The translations under genes and the position numbers were made by a program. A stretch of 45,873 nucleotides of DNA from a virus (lineage: Duplodnaviria > Caudoviricetes): positions 1-45,873 of the IMG/VR virus record IMGVR_UViG_3300037420_000730; one strand, written 5' to 3'. Below, piece by piece: positions 8,780 to 16,943 of this stretch (positions are counted from its first letter, which is position 1; each line of letters starts with the position of its first letter). Below the pieces are notes generated by a model. It searched no databases and was not told where the DNA came from. It saw only the letters and a program-made list of their open reading frames with translations.

Positions 8780-10621
8780 GCCGACAAGCCTCCTGCCCCG
8801 ATCTATCGCGCTCAGGGCAACAGCCTGTTCCGCACCGATGCGGGCGATACCGTCACCAAGCGCGGGCAGGACGTTCCCTATAACATCAACGGCGCTCCGA
8901 CCGGCGCCGAGGTTGCCGACGGCGACTATGGCGACATCACCGTAGCCTCGGGCGTGTGGACCATCGACCCGCATGTGGTCGGCTTTTCCAAGATGGTGGC
9001 CGCGAGCGCGGCGGGGATCGTCGGGGCGACTGTCGCCGGTGATTTCGCGCAACTTACCCCGGCGCAAGCGAAGACTGTTCTCGCGATCACGGCTTCGGAC
9101 ATCTCCGGCCTCGGCTATTTCGCGACCGGGACCGACGCGGCCAACCTGACCGGGACGGTGGCGGCGGCAAGATTCCCGGCCCTGACCGGCGATGTGACGA
9201 CCGCGGCCGGGACGGTCGCGACCGCGATTGCGGCAGGGGCGGTGACGCTGCCCAAGATGGCGAACGTCGCCACCGCGACCGTCTTCTACCGCAAGACCGC
9301 AGGCACCGGTTCGCCGGAAGTCCAGACCCTTGCAACGCTGAAGGCCGACCTTGGCCTGACCGGAACCAATTCGGGCGACCAGACGATCACCCTGACCGGG
9401 CCTGTCACCGGCTCGGGAACGGGATCGTTCGCGACCACCATCGCCGCCAATGTCGTCGCCAATACCAATCTTGCCCAGATCGCGACCGCGACCTTCAAGG
9501 GGCGAACCAGCGCCGGAACCGGCAATGTCGAGGATTTGACGGCAACGCAGGCGACCGCGCTTCTCAATTCGTTCACCAGCCTCCTCAAGGGGCTTGTCCC
9601 CGCGTCCGGCGGGGGCACCGCCAACTTCCTTCGCGCCGACGCGACATGGGCGGCTCCGGCGACGGGAGCGGCGGGCTCGGACCGGCAGGTGCAGTTCAAC
9701 AATGCCGGTGCTCTAGCCGGGGCTGGCTCAATCGACATCGACGCCGACGGGAACCTGAGGGCCGATTATGCGGCCAGCGTCACCACACCCGGAGCCGATC
9801 AGATCACGTCCGTTCCGCAGCGCATCGCCGCGTCAGGCGGAACCGTGCTTCCGCGCTTCGTCGGCGAGGACGGGATCAAGACGACGATGCAGGCCCACAT
9901 CGGCCGCAACTCGGTCGTCTGGGGTCAGGCATTGGGCGGCTTTGCTGGCAACATCACCCTCAACGGCGCGTCCAGCCTCGGCAATGTCGGGACCGCGACG
10001 GCGCGCAATGTCGCCACCACCAATCGGCTGACCCGGGCAAAGCGGGTCGGCTATGTCAGCGCTTCGACCGCAGGGAATGCCGGGGCGCTGGAAAACAACG
10101 GGACCGGCAACACCCAGTGGACGGTCGGCGGCGCCTCCGGAGCCGGATTCCTCGCCGTCTTCCGCTGGGGATGCAGCGATGCGGCCACGGTCGCGGGAGC
10201 GCACATGTTCGTGGGCATGCGGTCCTCCACCGCCGATCCGTCGCGCACGGTCAGCCCGGCCACGCTCACCAACCAGATCGGGGTCGCACAACTGAACGGG
10301 GGCGCCAACCTCAACATCGTCTATGGTGGCTCGGCCGCGCAGACCGCGATCGACCTTGGCGCAAGTTTCCCCGCCGCCGATACCACCGCGCTCTATGAAC
10401 TGATCCTCTACGCCCGTCCCGACGATGCGACCAAGGTCGCTTACCGGGTGGAGAATATCGGCACCGGTGCCGTGGCTTCCGGCGTCCTGACCGGCGTGGC
10501 CGGGACGGCTTTACCGGCCAACACCACCTTGCTGGGGCCGATGTTTTGGCGCTCGAACAACGCCACGGCTCTGGCGGTCGGGATCGACATTGCCAGCCTC
10601 TATATCGCGAGCGACATCTAA
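8777..10621 (+). CDS. Fibre-like protein (head fibre or secondary tail fibre)
   Basis: 614 aa, Ala/Thr/Gly-rich, with quasi-repeats (GDIT/GDVT, TLPKMA, QVQFNNAG) and a beta-rich C-terminal domain. Confidence 0.6.
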   Translation: MADKPPAPIYRAQGNSLFRTDAGDTVTKRGQDVPYNINGAPTGAEVADGDYGDITVASGVWTIDPHVVGFSKMVAASAAGIVGATVAGDFAQLTPAQAKTVLAITASDISGLGYFATGTDAANLTGTVAAARFPALTGDVTTAAGTVATAIAAGAVTLPKMANVATATVFYRKTAGTGSPEVQTLATLKADLGLTGTNSGDQTITLTGPVTGSGTGSFATTIAANVVANTNLAQIATATFKGRTSAGTGNVEDLTATQATALLNSFTSLLKGLVPASGGGTANFLRADATWAAPATGAAGSDRQVQFNNAGALAGAGSIDIDADGNLRADYAASVTTPGADQITSVPQRIAASGGTVLPRFVGEDGIKTTMQAHIGRNSVVWGQALGGFAGNITLNGASSLGNVGTATARNVATTNRLTRAKRVGYVSASTAGNAGALENNGTGNTQWTVGGASGAGFLAVFRWGCSDAATVAGAHMFVGMRSSTADPSRTVSPATLTNQIGVAQLNGGANLNIVYGGSAAQTAIDLGASFPAADTTALYELILYARPDDATKVAYRVENIGTGAVASGVLTGVAGTALPANTTLLGPMFWRSNNATALAVGIDIASLYIASDI

Positions 10622-10625
10622 AGCC

Positions 10626-10667
10626 GCGATTCAAGGCTGCCCGGCGTCCGCATAGGCCAAGACCATG
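10626..10667 (+). promoter_or_regulatory. Putative late promoter, copy 3 (GCGATTCAA-N16-CATAG-N9-ATG)
   Basis: Repeated motif upstream of the adaptor gene. Confidence 0.75.
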
Positions 10668-11333
10668 CGCGCTTTCTCCCAGCTCGGCATTTTCAACCAG
10701 GCTGTCGCGATGCTGCCCGCGACTCCCATCGCGTCTCCGGACGAGAACAGCCTTGAGGCGAGAGAGTGCCGCCGCCTCTATCCCGAAGTCGTCGCCGACA
10801 TGCTGGAGGGGCCGCACGACTGGTCGTTCGCCAATCAGCGGGTGTTGCTTGCGGCTCTCGTCACCAACGATCGCTCCGATAGCTGGCTCTACGCCTATGC
10901 GCTGCCGTCGAACCTCGGCAATCCGGTCCGCGTCCTTCCCGATCTGAGCAGTCTTGGCCTGTTGCTTCCGGTCCCGCTTCCCGGCCAGCCCTATGGCGAG
11001 GTCTGGGTCAGCGCGATCCAGCGGCTGGAAATGCCCTACGAGATCGAAGGGCAGACGCTTTACACCAACACCTCCGCAGCCACGCTCGAATATACGATCA
11101 ACGACGTTGCCGGAGTGCCGATCACGCAACTGGCGATCACAGCGCTAGCCACCGATCTCGCGGCACGGGTTTGCGTCCCTGTCAAGAAGGACAGCCAGCG
11201 CGAGTCCGTCCTTCTCCAGAAAGCGGAACTGGCATGGCAGCGGGCCATTGCGGACGACCGCAACCGCCAGCCCGAGAGCTACGCCGACTTCCTCCCCGAG
11301 ACCATCGCCGCCCGTCACGGAATGACCTGCTGA
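10665..11333 (+). CDS. Tail adaptor (tail tubular protein A)
   Basis: I.N.A...I.S.DENS.EA..C..Y...HDWSFA...W.YAYALP pattern. Confidence 0.85.
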   Translation: MRAFSQLGIFNQAVAMLPATPIASPDENSLEARECRRLYPEVVADMLEGPHDWSFANQRVLLAALVTNDRSDSWLYAYALPSNLGNPVRVLPDLSSLGLLLPVPLPGQPYGEVWVSAIQRLEMPYEIEGQTLYTNTSAATLEYTINDVAGVPITQLAITALATDLAARVCVPVKKDSQRESVLLQKAELAWQRAIADDRNRQPESYADFLPETIAARHGMTC

Positions 11334-12022
11334 TGGCCTATCGCACCGCTGCGACCAACTTCACCAAAGGCCAGATCAGCCCGGAAGCCGAGGCGCGGTT
11401 CGACCTGCCGATCTACAATGCCGCCGTCAGGACCGCCACCAACGTCAAGGTGCAGCGCACCGGCGGCCTGAAGAAGCGGATGGGGACGCGGTTCGTCGCC
11501 GAGGCGCTGTCCCCGTCCTCGCGCCTGATCCCGTTCCAGTTCAGCGACGACCAGGCCTATGCGCTCGAGTTCGCGCAAGCCCAGATGCGCCCCTTCGCGC
11601 TTGGCGGGGCAGTGCTCGAAACCGGCCTCAAGGTGACGGCGATCACCAAGGCGGCAAACGCAAAGATCACGGCCGCCTTCCACGGCTACAGCGTCGGCGA
11701 TCCGGTCTATCTCAACGACATTCTCGGCATGGTCGAGATCAACGACCGCTTCCTCACCGTCCAGTCCGTGGTCGACGCCAACAATTTCACCGTCAACTTC
11801 GACAGCACGAACGCCTCTACGTTCACGGGCGATACCGGCGGCGTGGTCAACAGTGCGCCTCCGCCGCCTCCGCCGCCGCCACCGAGCGTCCCGCCGCCAA
11901 CCACCGATCCGGCCCCGCCGACGGTGGGCGGAAGCTCGGGAGGGAGCTATTCGGGCGGCGGCAGCACCGCGTCCGACCCGAGCGACGGGATCTGGAGCGG
12001 CGTCGGCACCGACATTCCCTGA
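11333..12022 (+). CDS. Tail nozzle (tubular protein B), N-terminal part with FCCH-like insertion and Pro-rich tail
   Basis: NFTKGQISP...R.D...Y...GG..KR.GTRFV...RLIPFQFS..Q.Y.LEF is a canonical nozzle N-terminus; TGATG-coupled on both sides. Confidence 0.8.
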   Translation: MAYRTAATNFTKGQISPEAEARFDLPIYNAAVRTATNVKVQRTGGLKKRMGTRFVAEALSPSSRLIPFQFSDDQAYALEFAQAQMRPFALGGAVLETGLKVTAITKAANAKITAAFHGYSVGDPVYLNDILGMVEINDRFLTVQSVVDANNFTVNFDSTNASTFTGDTGGVVNSAPPPPPPPPPSVPPPTTDPAPPTVGGSSGGSYSGGGSTASDPSDGIWSGVGTDIP

Positions 12023-13839
12023 TGCCGGTCTATCGCGTCTATCAGGCGGCAACGCCGTTCAACGCCTCCGAACTGCCGGAGATGGACTACGAGCAGACGG
12101 CCGACGTCATCTATCTCGCTCACCAGAACCATCTGCCGTGCAAGGTCATTCGCCACTCGCACACCGATTGGGAGTTCGCCGACGTCACCTTCGGCCCGGT
12201 GATTCCGGCTCCCGCCGGCGCCTCTGCTTCGGCGACGACCGCCAACACCGATTCCGCCAACAGCGGAAACGCCTATTTCCCGCAGCCCGCCTCCTACCAG
12301 GTCACGGCCTATAACGAGGACACCGGGCAGGAGAGTCGCCCGACCGCTTCCGTCACCGTCACCAACGATCTCGCGCTCAAGCGCAATTACAATTCGATCA
12401 GCTGGGGCGCGGTTACGGGCGCGACCCATTACCGCATCTACAAGAGCGAGAACGAGCAGGGCTTCGGCAATATCGGCATCACCGACCAGCTTACCTTCCG
12501 GGACGACAATATCGGTCCCGACCTGTCGTTCGGGCCGCCGGTCGGGGACAATCCGTTCGCCAACGCCGGGGATCGCCCGTCGGCAATCACCTTCCACGAA
12601 CAGCGCTCCTACTGGGCGCGGACCCTGAACCGCCCCAACGGCATCTGGGCATCGAAGTCGGCCGATTTCGAGAACATGGATTTTTCGCGTCCCGGACGGG
12701 AGGACGACAGCATCGAAGTCGCCCTCGTCGCCAACAAGGTCAATTCGGTCAATGCGATGGCTTCGACCGAGCAGGGGCTTCTTGCCCTGACCAGCAACAA
12801 CATCTTCGCCGTGCAGGGGTCGAACGAGGATTACATCACCGCGACACCGCCGCCGCGGATCAGGCCCAGGGTCCGGCGCGGCGCCTCCCGGTTGAAGCCG
12901 ATCCTGATCGACAACGTGGTTTTCTACGAGACGGGCAAGACCGGTGAGGTCAGGACCATCGGCTACGACTTCGAGCTCGACGGGCTGAAGACCGATGATG
13001 TCAGCATCTTCTCCCGCGACATGTTCCAGGACTTCTCCATCGTCGCATGGGCGTTCGCGGAAAAGCCCGCTTCGGCGATCTGGGTGGTCAGGAGCGACGG
13101 CAATCTGCTGTGCCTGACATGGGACCAGGCGCAACAGGTCTGGGGCTGGACGATGTGCGAGACCGACGGGCTGTTCAAGGGCGTCTCGGTCATTACCGAA
13201 CAGGGCGAGGATCGCGTCTATTTCGTCATCGAGAGGACCATCAACGGGGTCTCGAAAACCTACATCGAACGCATGGCGGCGGAATTGTGGAACGACCAGG
13301 CCGACGCCTGCTTCCTCGATTGCGCGAGGACCTTCACCTCGACCGGCTACGTCAACGTGTTCAACCGGCTCGACCATCTCGAAGGCGAGACCGTGGTGGC
13401 GTGGGTGGACGGGTCCGCCGTGACGACCGATCCTTCCGGCGATCCGCTCGTGGTCACGAATGGTTCGGTCACGCTCGCGATCGGCGGCAAGAAGGTGACG
13501 ATCGGGCTTTTGTTCACCGCCGAGGTCGAGACGCTTCCGCTCGCGATGCAGACGCCGCAGGGCTGGATCAAGGCCCGCCCGGGGCAGGCGGGACGCGCCT
13601 TCGTCTCCGTGATTGAAAGCCGCAACGTGACGGCGGGCGTGAGCGAGACCCAGCTATTCCCGATCAAGCAGCGGGACCTGGAGGATTATGGCGATCCGAT
13701 CAGCCTGTTTACCGGCGATCTGGAAATCCCGCTTGGCGGGTCGAGCGGCAACGAGATCACGGTCACCATCCGCTCGGAAGACCCGACGCCGCTGCATGTC
13801 GCCGGGATTCTGGTGGAACCCGAGTTCGGCAATCTGTGA
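12022..13839 (+). CDS. Tail nozzle (tubular protein B), C-terminal part
   Basis: TPF...EL....QTADV, P..ITFHEQR, IW.VRSDG.L..LT...QQVWGW and LDHLEG.TV motifs. Confidence 0.85.
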   Translation: MPVYRVYQAATPFNASELPEMDYEQTADVIYLAHQNHLPCKVIRHSHTDWEFADVTFGPVIPAPAGASASATTANTDSANSGNAYFPQPASYQVTAYNEDTGQESRPTASVTVTNDLALKRNYNSISWGAVTGATHYRIYKSENEQGFGNIGITDQLTFRDDNIGPDLSFGPPVGDNPFANAGDRPSAITFHEQRSYWARTLNRPNGIWASKSADFENMDFSRPGREDDSIEVALVANKVNSVNAMASTEQGLLALTSNNIFAVQGSNEDYITATPPPRIRPRVRRGASRLKPILIDNVVFYETGKTGEVRTIGYDFELDGLKTDDVSIFSRDMFQDFSIVAWAFAEKPASAIWVVRSDGNLLCLTWDQAQQVWGWTMCETDGLFKGVSVITEQGEDRVYFVIERTINGVSKTYIERMAAELWNDQADACFLDCARTFTSTGYVNVFNRLDHLEGETVVAWVDGSAVTTDPSGDPLVVTNGSVTLAIGGKKVTIGLLFTAEVETLPLAMQTPQGWIKARPGQAGRAFVSVIESRNVTAGVSETQLFPIKQRDLEDYGDPISLFTGDLEIPLGGSSGNEITVTIRSEDPTPLHVAGILVEPEFGNL

Positions 13840-14318
13840 GGGCGCTCCTCGTTCCGGCGAGCCTTGTTCACGTCGGCCCGCTCGCGCACCGGATGCGAGA
13901 GCATGATCGCCGTGAGTGCGAAGCGTTCGGCCGCAGCCCGAAGAACGCGCTCAGGATTAGCCTGAGGACAAGCTTTCACGCCTTGACCGCGACCGACGAG
14001 CAGGGAGCGGTGCTGGCGATGTTCGGGGTAATGGCGATGGACATTCTCGGGCGCACCGGTTCGCCGTGGTTTTTAGGCACCGACCGGGTGTTCGATTATG
14101 CCCGCGACCTGATGGAGCGAGGACCGAGGATCATCGCCTGGTGGCAGCAGGATTTCGACGTGATGGAGAACATCGTCTCGGTCGAAAATCGCAAGGCCAT
14201 TCGCCTGCTCGAGAAATGGGGCGCGCAAATCGGGACGAGGACGCAGGTGCATGGCGGGGTCGAGTTCGTGCCGTTCAGCTTCAGTGCGGCGATTCAAGAG
14301 AGTCGGGCCGCCGCATAG
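13836..14318 (+). CDS. T7 gp13-like GNAT-fold protein
   Basis: MR..DR.E, AMFGV, PWFLGTD and N.V...N..AIR.L...G motifs; lies between nozzle and ejection proteins. Confidence 0.75.
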   Translation: MRALLVPASLVHVGPLAHRMREHDRRECEAFGRSPKNALRISLRTSFHALTATDEQGAVLAMFGVMAMDILGRTGSPWFLGTDRVFDYARDLMERGPRIIAWWQQDFDVMENIVSVENRKAIRLLEKWGAQIGTRTQVHGGVEFVPFSFSAAIQESRAAA

Positions 14319-14330
14319 CAGGAGCATATG
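14289..14330 (+). promoter_or_regulatory. Putative late promoter, copy 4 (GCGATTCAA-N16-CATAG-N9-ATG)
   Basis: Repeated motif overlapping the end of the GNAT gene; its ATG opens an 8-codon ORF. Confidence 0.7.
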
Positions 14331-14357
14331 CGCCAGCCTTCCCGGAGTGCCTGAACC

Positions 14358-14873
14358 GTGTGTCTGCCTTTGGCCGCCGCCGCCGCTGTCGCCGCCAGCG
14401 CCGTTTCAGCGGCCGGCGCGCTGCAGGCTGGCGCGTCCGCCAACGCCCAGGCCCAGTATGAGAGCCAGGTCGCGCAGCGCAACGCGGCAATGTCGGTCCA
14501 GGCTTATCAGGATTACCGGGGGCAAGTGGCTCCGGGCGAGCGCCGGGATTTCTGGAACAAGGTCGGCCAGATCAAGGGGCAGGACATCGCGGCGATGGCC
14601 GCCAACGGGATCGACGTCGATGTCGGCTCTGCCGGTCGGGTGCAGCAGGACACGCAGACGGCGGCCAATCAGGACTTCTCCAACCTTACCGCCAACCAGG
14701 AGCAGAAGCAGAAAGGCTATCTGATCGACGCCTCCAACTTCACCTCCGACGCGGCCGCGGCCCGGGCGCGCGGAAGCCAGGCTGTCACTGCCTCCTACTT
14801 CGGGGCGGCGTCTTCGATCCTTGGCGGGATTTCGCAGGCGGGCGGCATGAAAGCCAAGATGGGCGGCGGGTAA
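14358..14873 (+). CDS. Internal virion (ejection) protein, T7 gp14-like
   Basis: MC start, hydrophobic Ala-rich N-terminus, AANG.DV..GSA motif. Confidence 0.8.
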   Translation: MCLPLAAAAAVAASAVSAAGALQAGASANAQAQYESQVAQRNAAMSVQAYQDYRGQVAPGERRDFWNKVGQIKGQDIAAMAANGIDVDVGSAGRVQQDTQTAANQDFSNLTANQEQKQKGYLIDASNFTSDAAAARARGSQAVTASYFGAASSILGGISQAGGMKAKMGGG

Positions 14874-16943
14874 ATGGCGAGGGTGCAGATATTCGAGGGC
14901 GGCGATATCCCGCGCGACGCTCCGAACGTCGTTCCGCTTCGCGCGGCCCAGTTCGATACCGGCGCGATCGGCCAAGGCATGGAACAGCTCGGCAATGCCG
15001 GGCAGGAAGCGGCCGGAGTCCTCGACCGGATCAACGCGGCTCACGATGAATCGGCGGCCAAGGAGGCGGCCAACGCGGTCGCGCAGCATTTTACCGAGAT
15101 CGGCTACACCGGCGCCAATCCCTATTTCGACACGCAGGGCAAGGATGCGCTCGACCTGAGGCCCACGGTCGACAAGAGCCTCGACAGCTTCATCCAGCAA
15201 TCGCGGGCCGGGCTGACCAACGGCCGCCAGCAAACCCTGTTCGACGACGCGATCACGCCCCAGCGCCTGCAATGGGGCCAGTCGATAGCCGCTCACGCGC
15301 TGAAGGAAACCCGCACCTACGCGATCGGCGAATCGAAGGCCCGGCAAGGCGTGACCGGAGAGCTCGGGCGCCTGTCCTATTTCGACGATCCGAACGAAGG
15401 CGAAAAGCAACTCGACACGCAGGCAGCGGAGATCGAGGCGCAAGGCCATTTGGAAGGTTGGGGCGACGACCAGATTCATGCCGCCCAGCTGACCGCGCGC
15501 TCCGGGGCGTACAAGGACATCGGCGGCCAGCTTGCGCTCTCCAGCGGACAAACCGGCGTCGATCTCGCACGGCAGTTCGTCGAGCAGCACAAGGGGTCGA
15601 TGCTGAGCGACGACCGCGATGCCGTGCTGGCGCGCGCGACGGTTCAGGAAAACGCGATCCAGGCCGAACAGCGGCGCGCCGAAGCCGAGGCAAGGCGGCA
15701 GGCAAGCGAGGACAAGCGCGACGCAAGGGATCGTGTGGCAAGCGCGATGGGACGCATCGACGAGGGCGTTCCGCTGTCGCCGGATGAATATGCGTCCGTC
15801 ATTGCCGATGCGAAGGCGACCGAAGACCCCAACCTCATCAAGCGGGTGCAGGACGGCCAGTTCAAGAACAGCCTTTCGATCCAGTACCGGACGGCGACCC
15901 CGCCCCAGCTTCAGGATCGCGTCAACCAGTTGTCGGCGGACATCGCCAAGGCGGGGCAAAACGCCGACCCGCATGAGATCATCGAGCGCGACCATTTGCA
16001 GCAGATGTTCAACCAGTCGAGTTCGCAGCTCAACGCGGACCCGCTTGGCTGGCTTGCAAGGACGCAGGGCGTTCCGGTCCAGCAACTCAATCTCGACGAT
16101 GACAACAGCGTTCAGGCGCGTGTCGCCGCCGCGGTGAAGATCCCGGCGATGACCGGCCACGCCCCGGCGGTGTTCACACCAAGCGAGGTCTCCGCCTTGT
16201 CGCCGCAATGGAGCTCCGGCAACGCGGCGCAGAAGATCAATCTCGTCACTCGGCTGGCGCGGTTCGGCCCGCTGGCGACCGTTGCCGCCCAGCAGATCGC
16301 ACCCAACGACAACGGCCTTGTCCATCTTGTCAGCCTTGCCTCGCACTCCAACAAGGCGGCTGGCCTCGCTTATGTGACGAAGGCGCTTCAGGGCTACGAT
16401 GCGATCAAGACCGAAGGACAGATCGTCGGCAAGCTCGCGACCCAGTCCCAGTTCAATACCTTCGTCGGCTCCGCGCTCCAGTTCATGCCGGGCGCGAGGG
16501 ACGGCGTGTTCACGGTAGCCAAGGCGATGCTGGCCCAGGACGCGGCGGAGCACGGATGGAAGGACGAGACCGACGCCGGGGACAAGGCATGGTATCGGGC
16601 GATCAATTCCGCGCTCGGAGCCTATGGGCGGGGCGACGGTATCCAGTTGGGCGGGTTGGCCGGGTTCAACGGCGCTCAGACGGTGCTGCCGGAGAACATG
16701 GGGCTGGACGAGTTCGAGGGCCGGATTTCCCGGGCCAGCGGACCCCAGTTCGCCGCCGCCTCCAACGGTGTCCCCGTCACCGGCAATGGGACGGTGCTGA
16801 GGGCCGGAGACCTGAAGAAAATGCACTACGTCCCGGTCGACGATGGAATCTATCGTCTCGAATCGGGCGGCTCGTTCGTCCACACGAAGAACGGCGATCC
16901 GTTCCAGCTCGACGTAAGGAAGCTCGGCGGAGCCGGAAGGTGA
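14874..16943 (+). CDS. Internal virion (ejection) protein
   Basis: 689 aa helical protein with a ...QGKDALD... motif; syntenic position. Confidence 0.7.
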   Translation: MARVQIFEGGDIPRDAPNVVPLRAAQFDTGAIGQGMEQLGNAGQEAAGVLDRINAAHDESAAKEAANAVAQHFTEIGYTGANPYFDTQGKDALDLRPTVDKSLDSFIQQSRAGLTNGRQQTLFDDAITPQRLQWGQSIAAHALKETRTYAIGESKARQGVTGELGRLSYFDDPNEGEKQLDTQAAEIEAQGHLEGWGDDQIHAAQLTARSGAYKDIGGQLALSSGQTGVDLARQFVEQHKGSMLSDDRDAVLARATVQENAIQAEQRRAEAEARRQASEDKRDARDRVASAMGRIDEGVPLSPDEYASVIADAKATEDPNLIKRVQDGQFKNSLSIQYRTATPPQLQDRVNQLSADIAKAGQNADPHEIIERDHLQQMFNQSSSQLNADPLGWLARTQGVPVQQLNLDDDNSVQARVAAAVKIPAMTGHAPAVFTPSEVSALSPQWSSGNAAQKINLVTRLARFGPLATVAAQQIAPNDNGLVHLVSLASHSNKAAGLAYVTKALQGYDAIKTEGQIVGKLATQSQFNTFVGSALQFMPGARDGVFTVAKAMLAQDAAEHGWKDETDAGDKAWYRAINSALGAYGRGDGIQLGGLAGFNGAQTVLPENMGLDEFEGRISRASGPQFAAASNGVPVTGNGTVLRAGDLKKMHYVPVDDGIYRLESGGSFVHTKNGDPFQLDVRKLGGAGR

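Noticed and set aside
16208-16939. N-terminal extension giving a 1322-aa protein
   Set aside because: It overlaps the 14874-16943 gene in another frame; the GTGA-coupled start at 16940 is more plausible.
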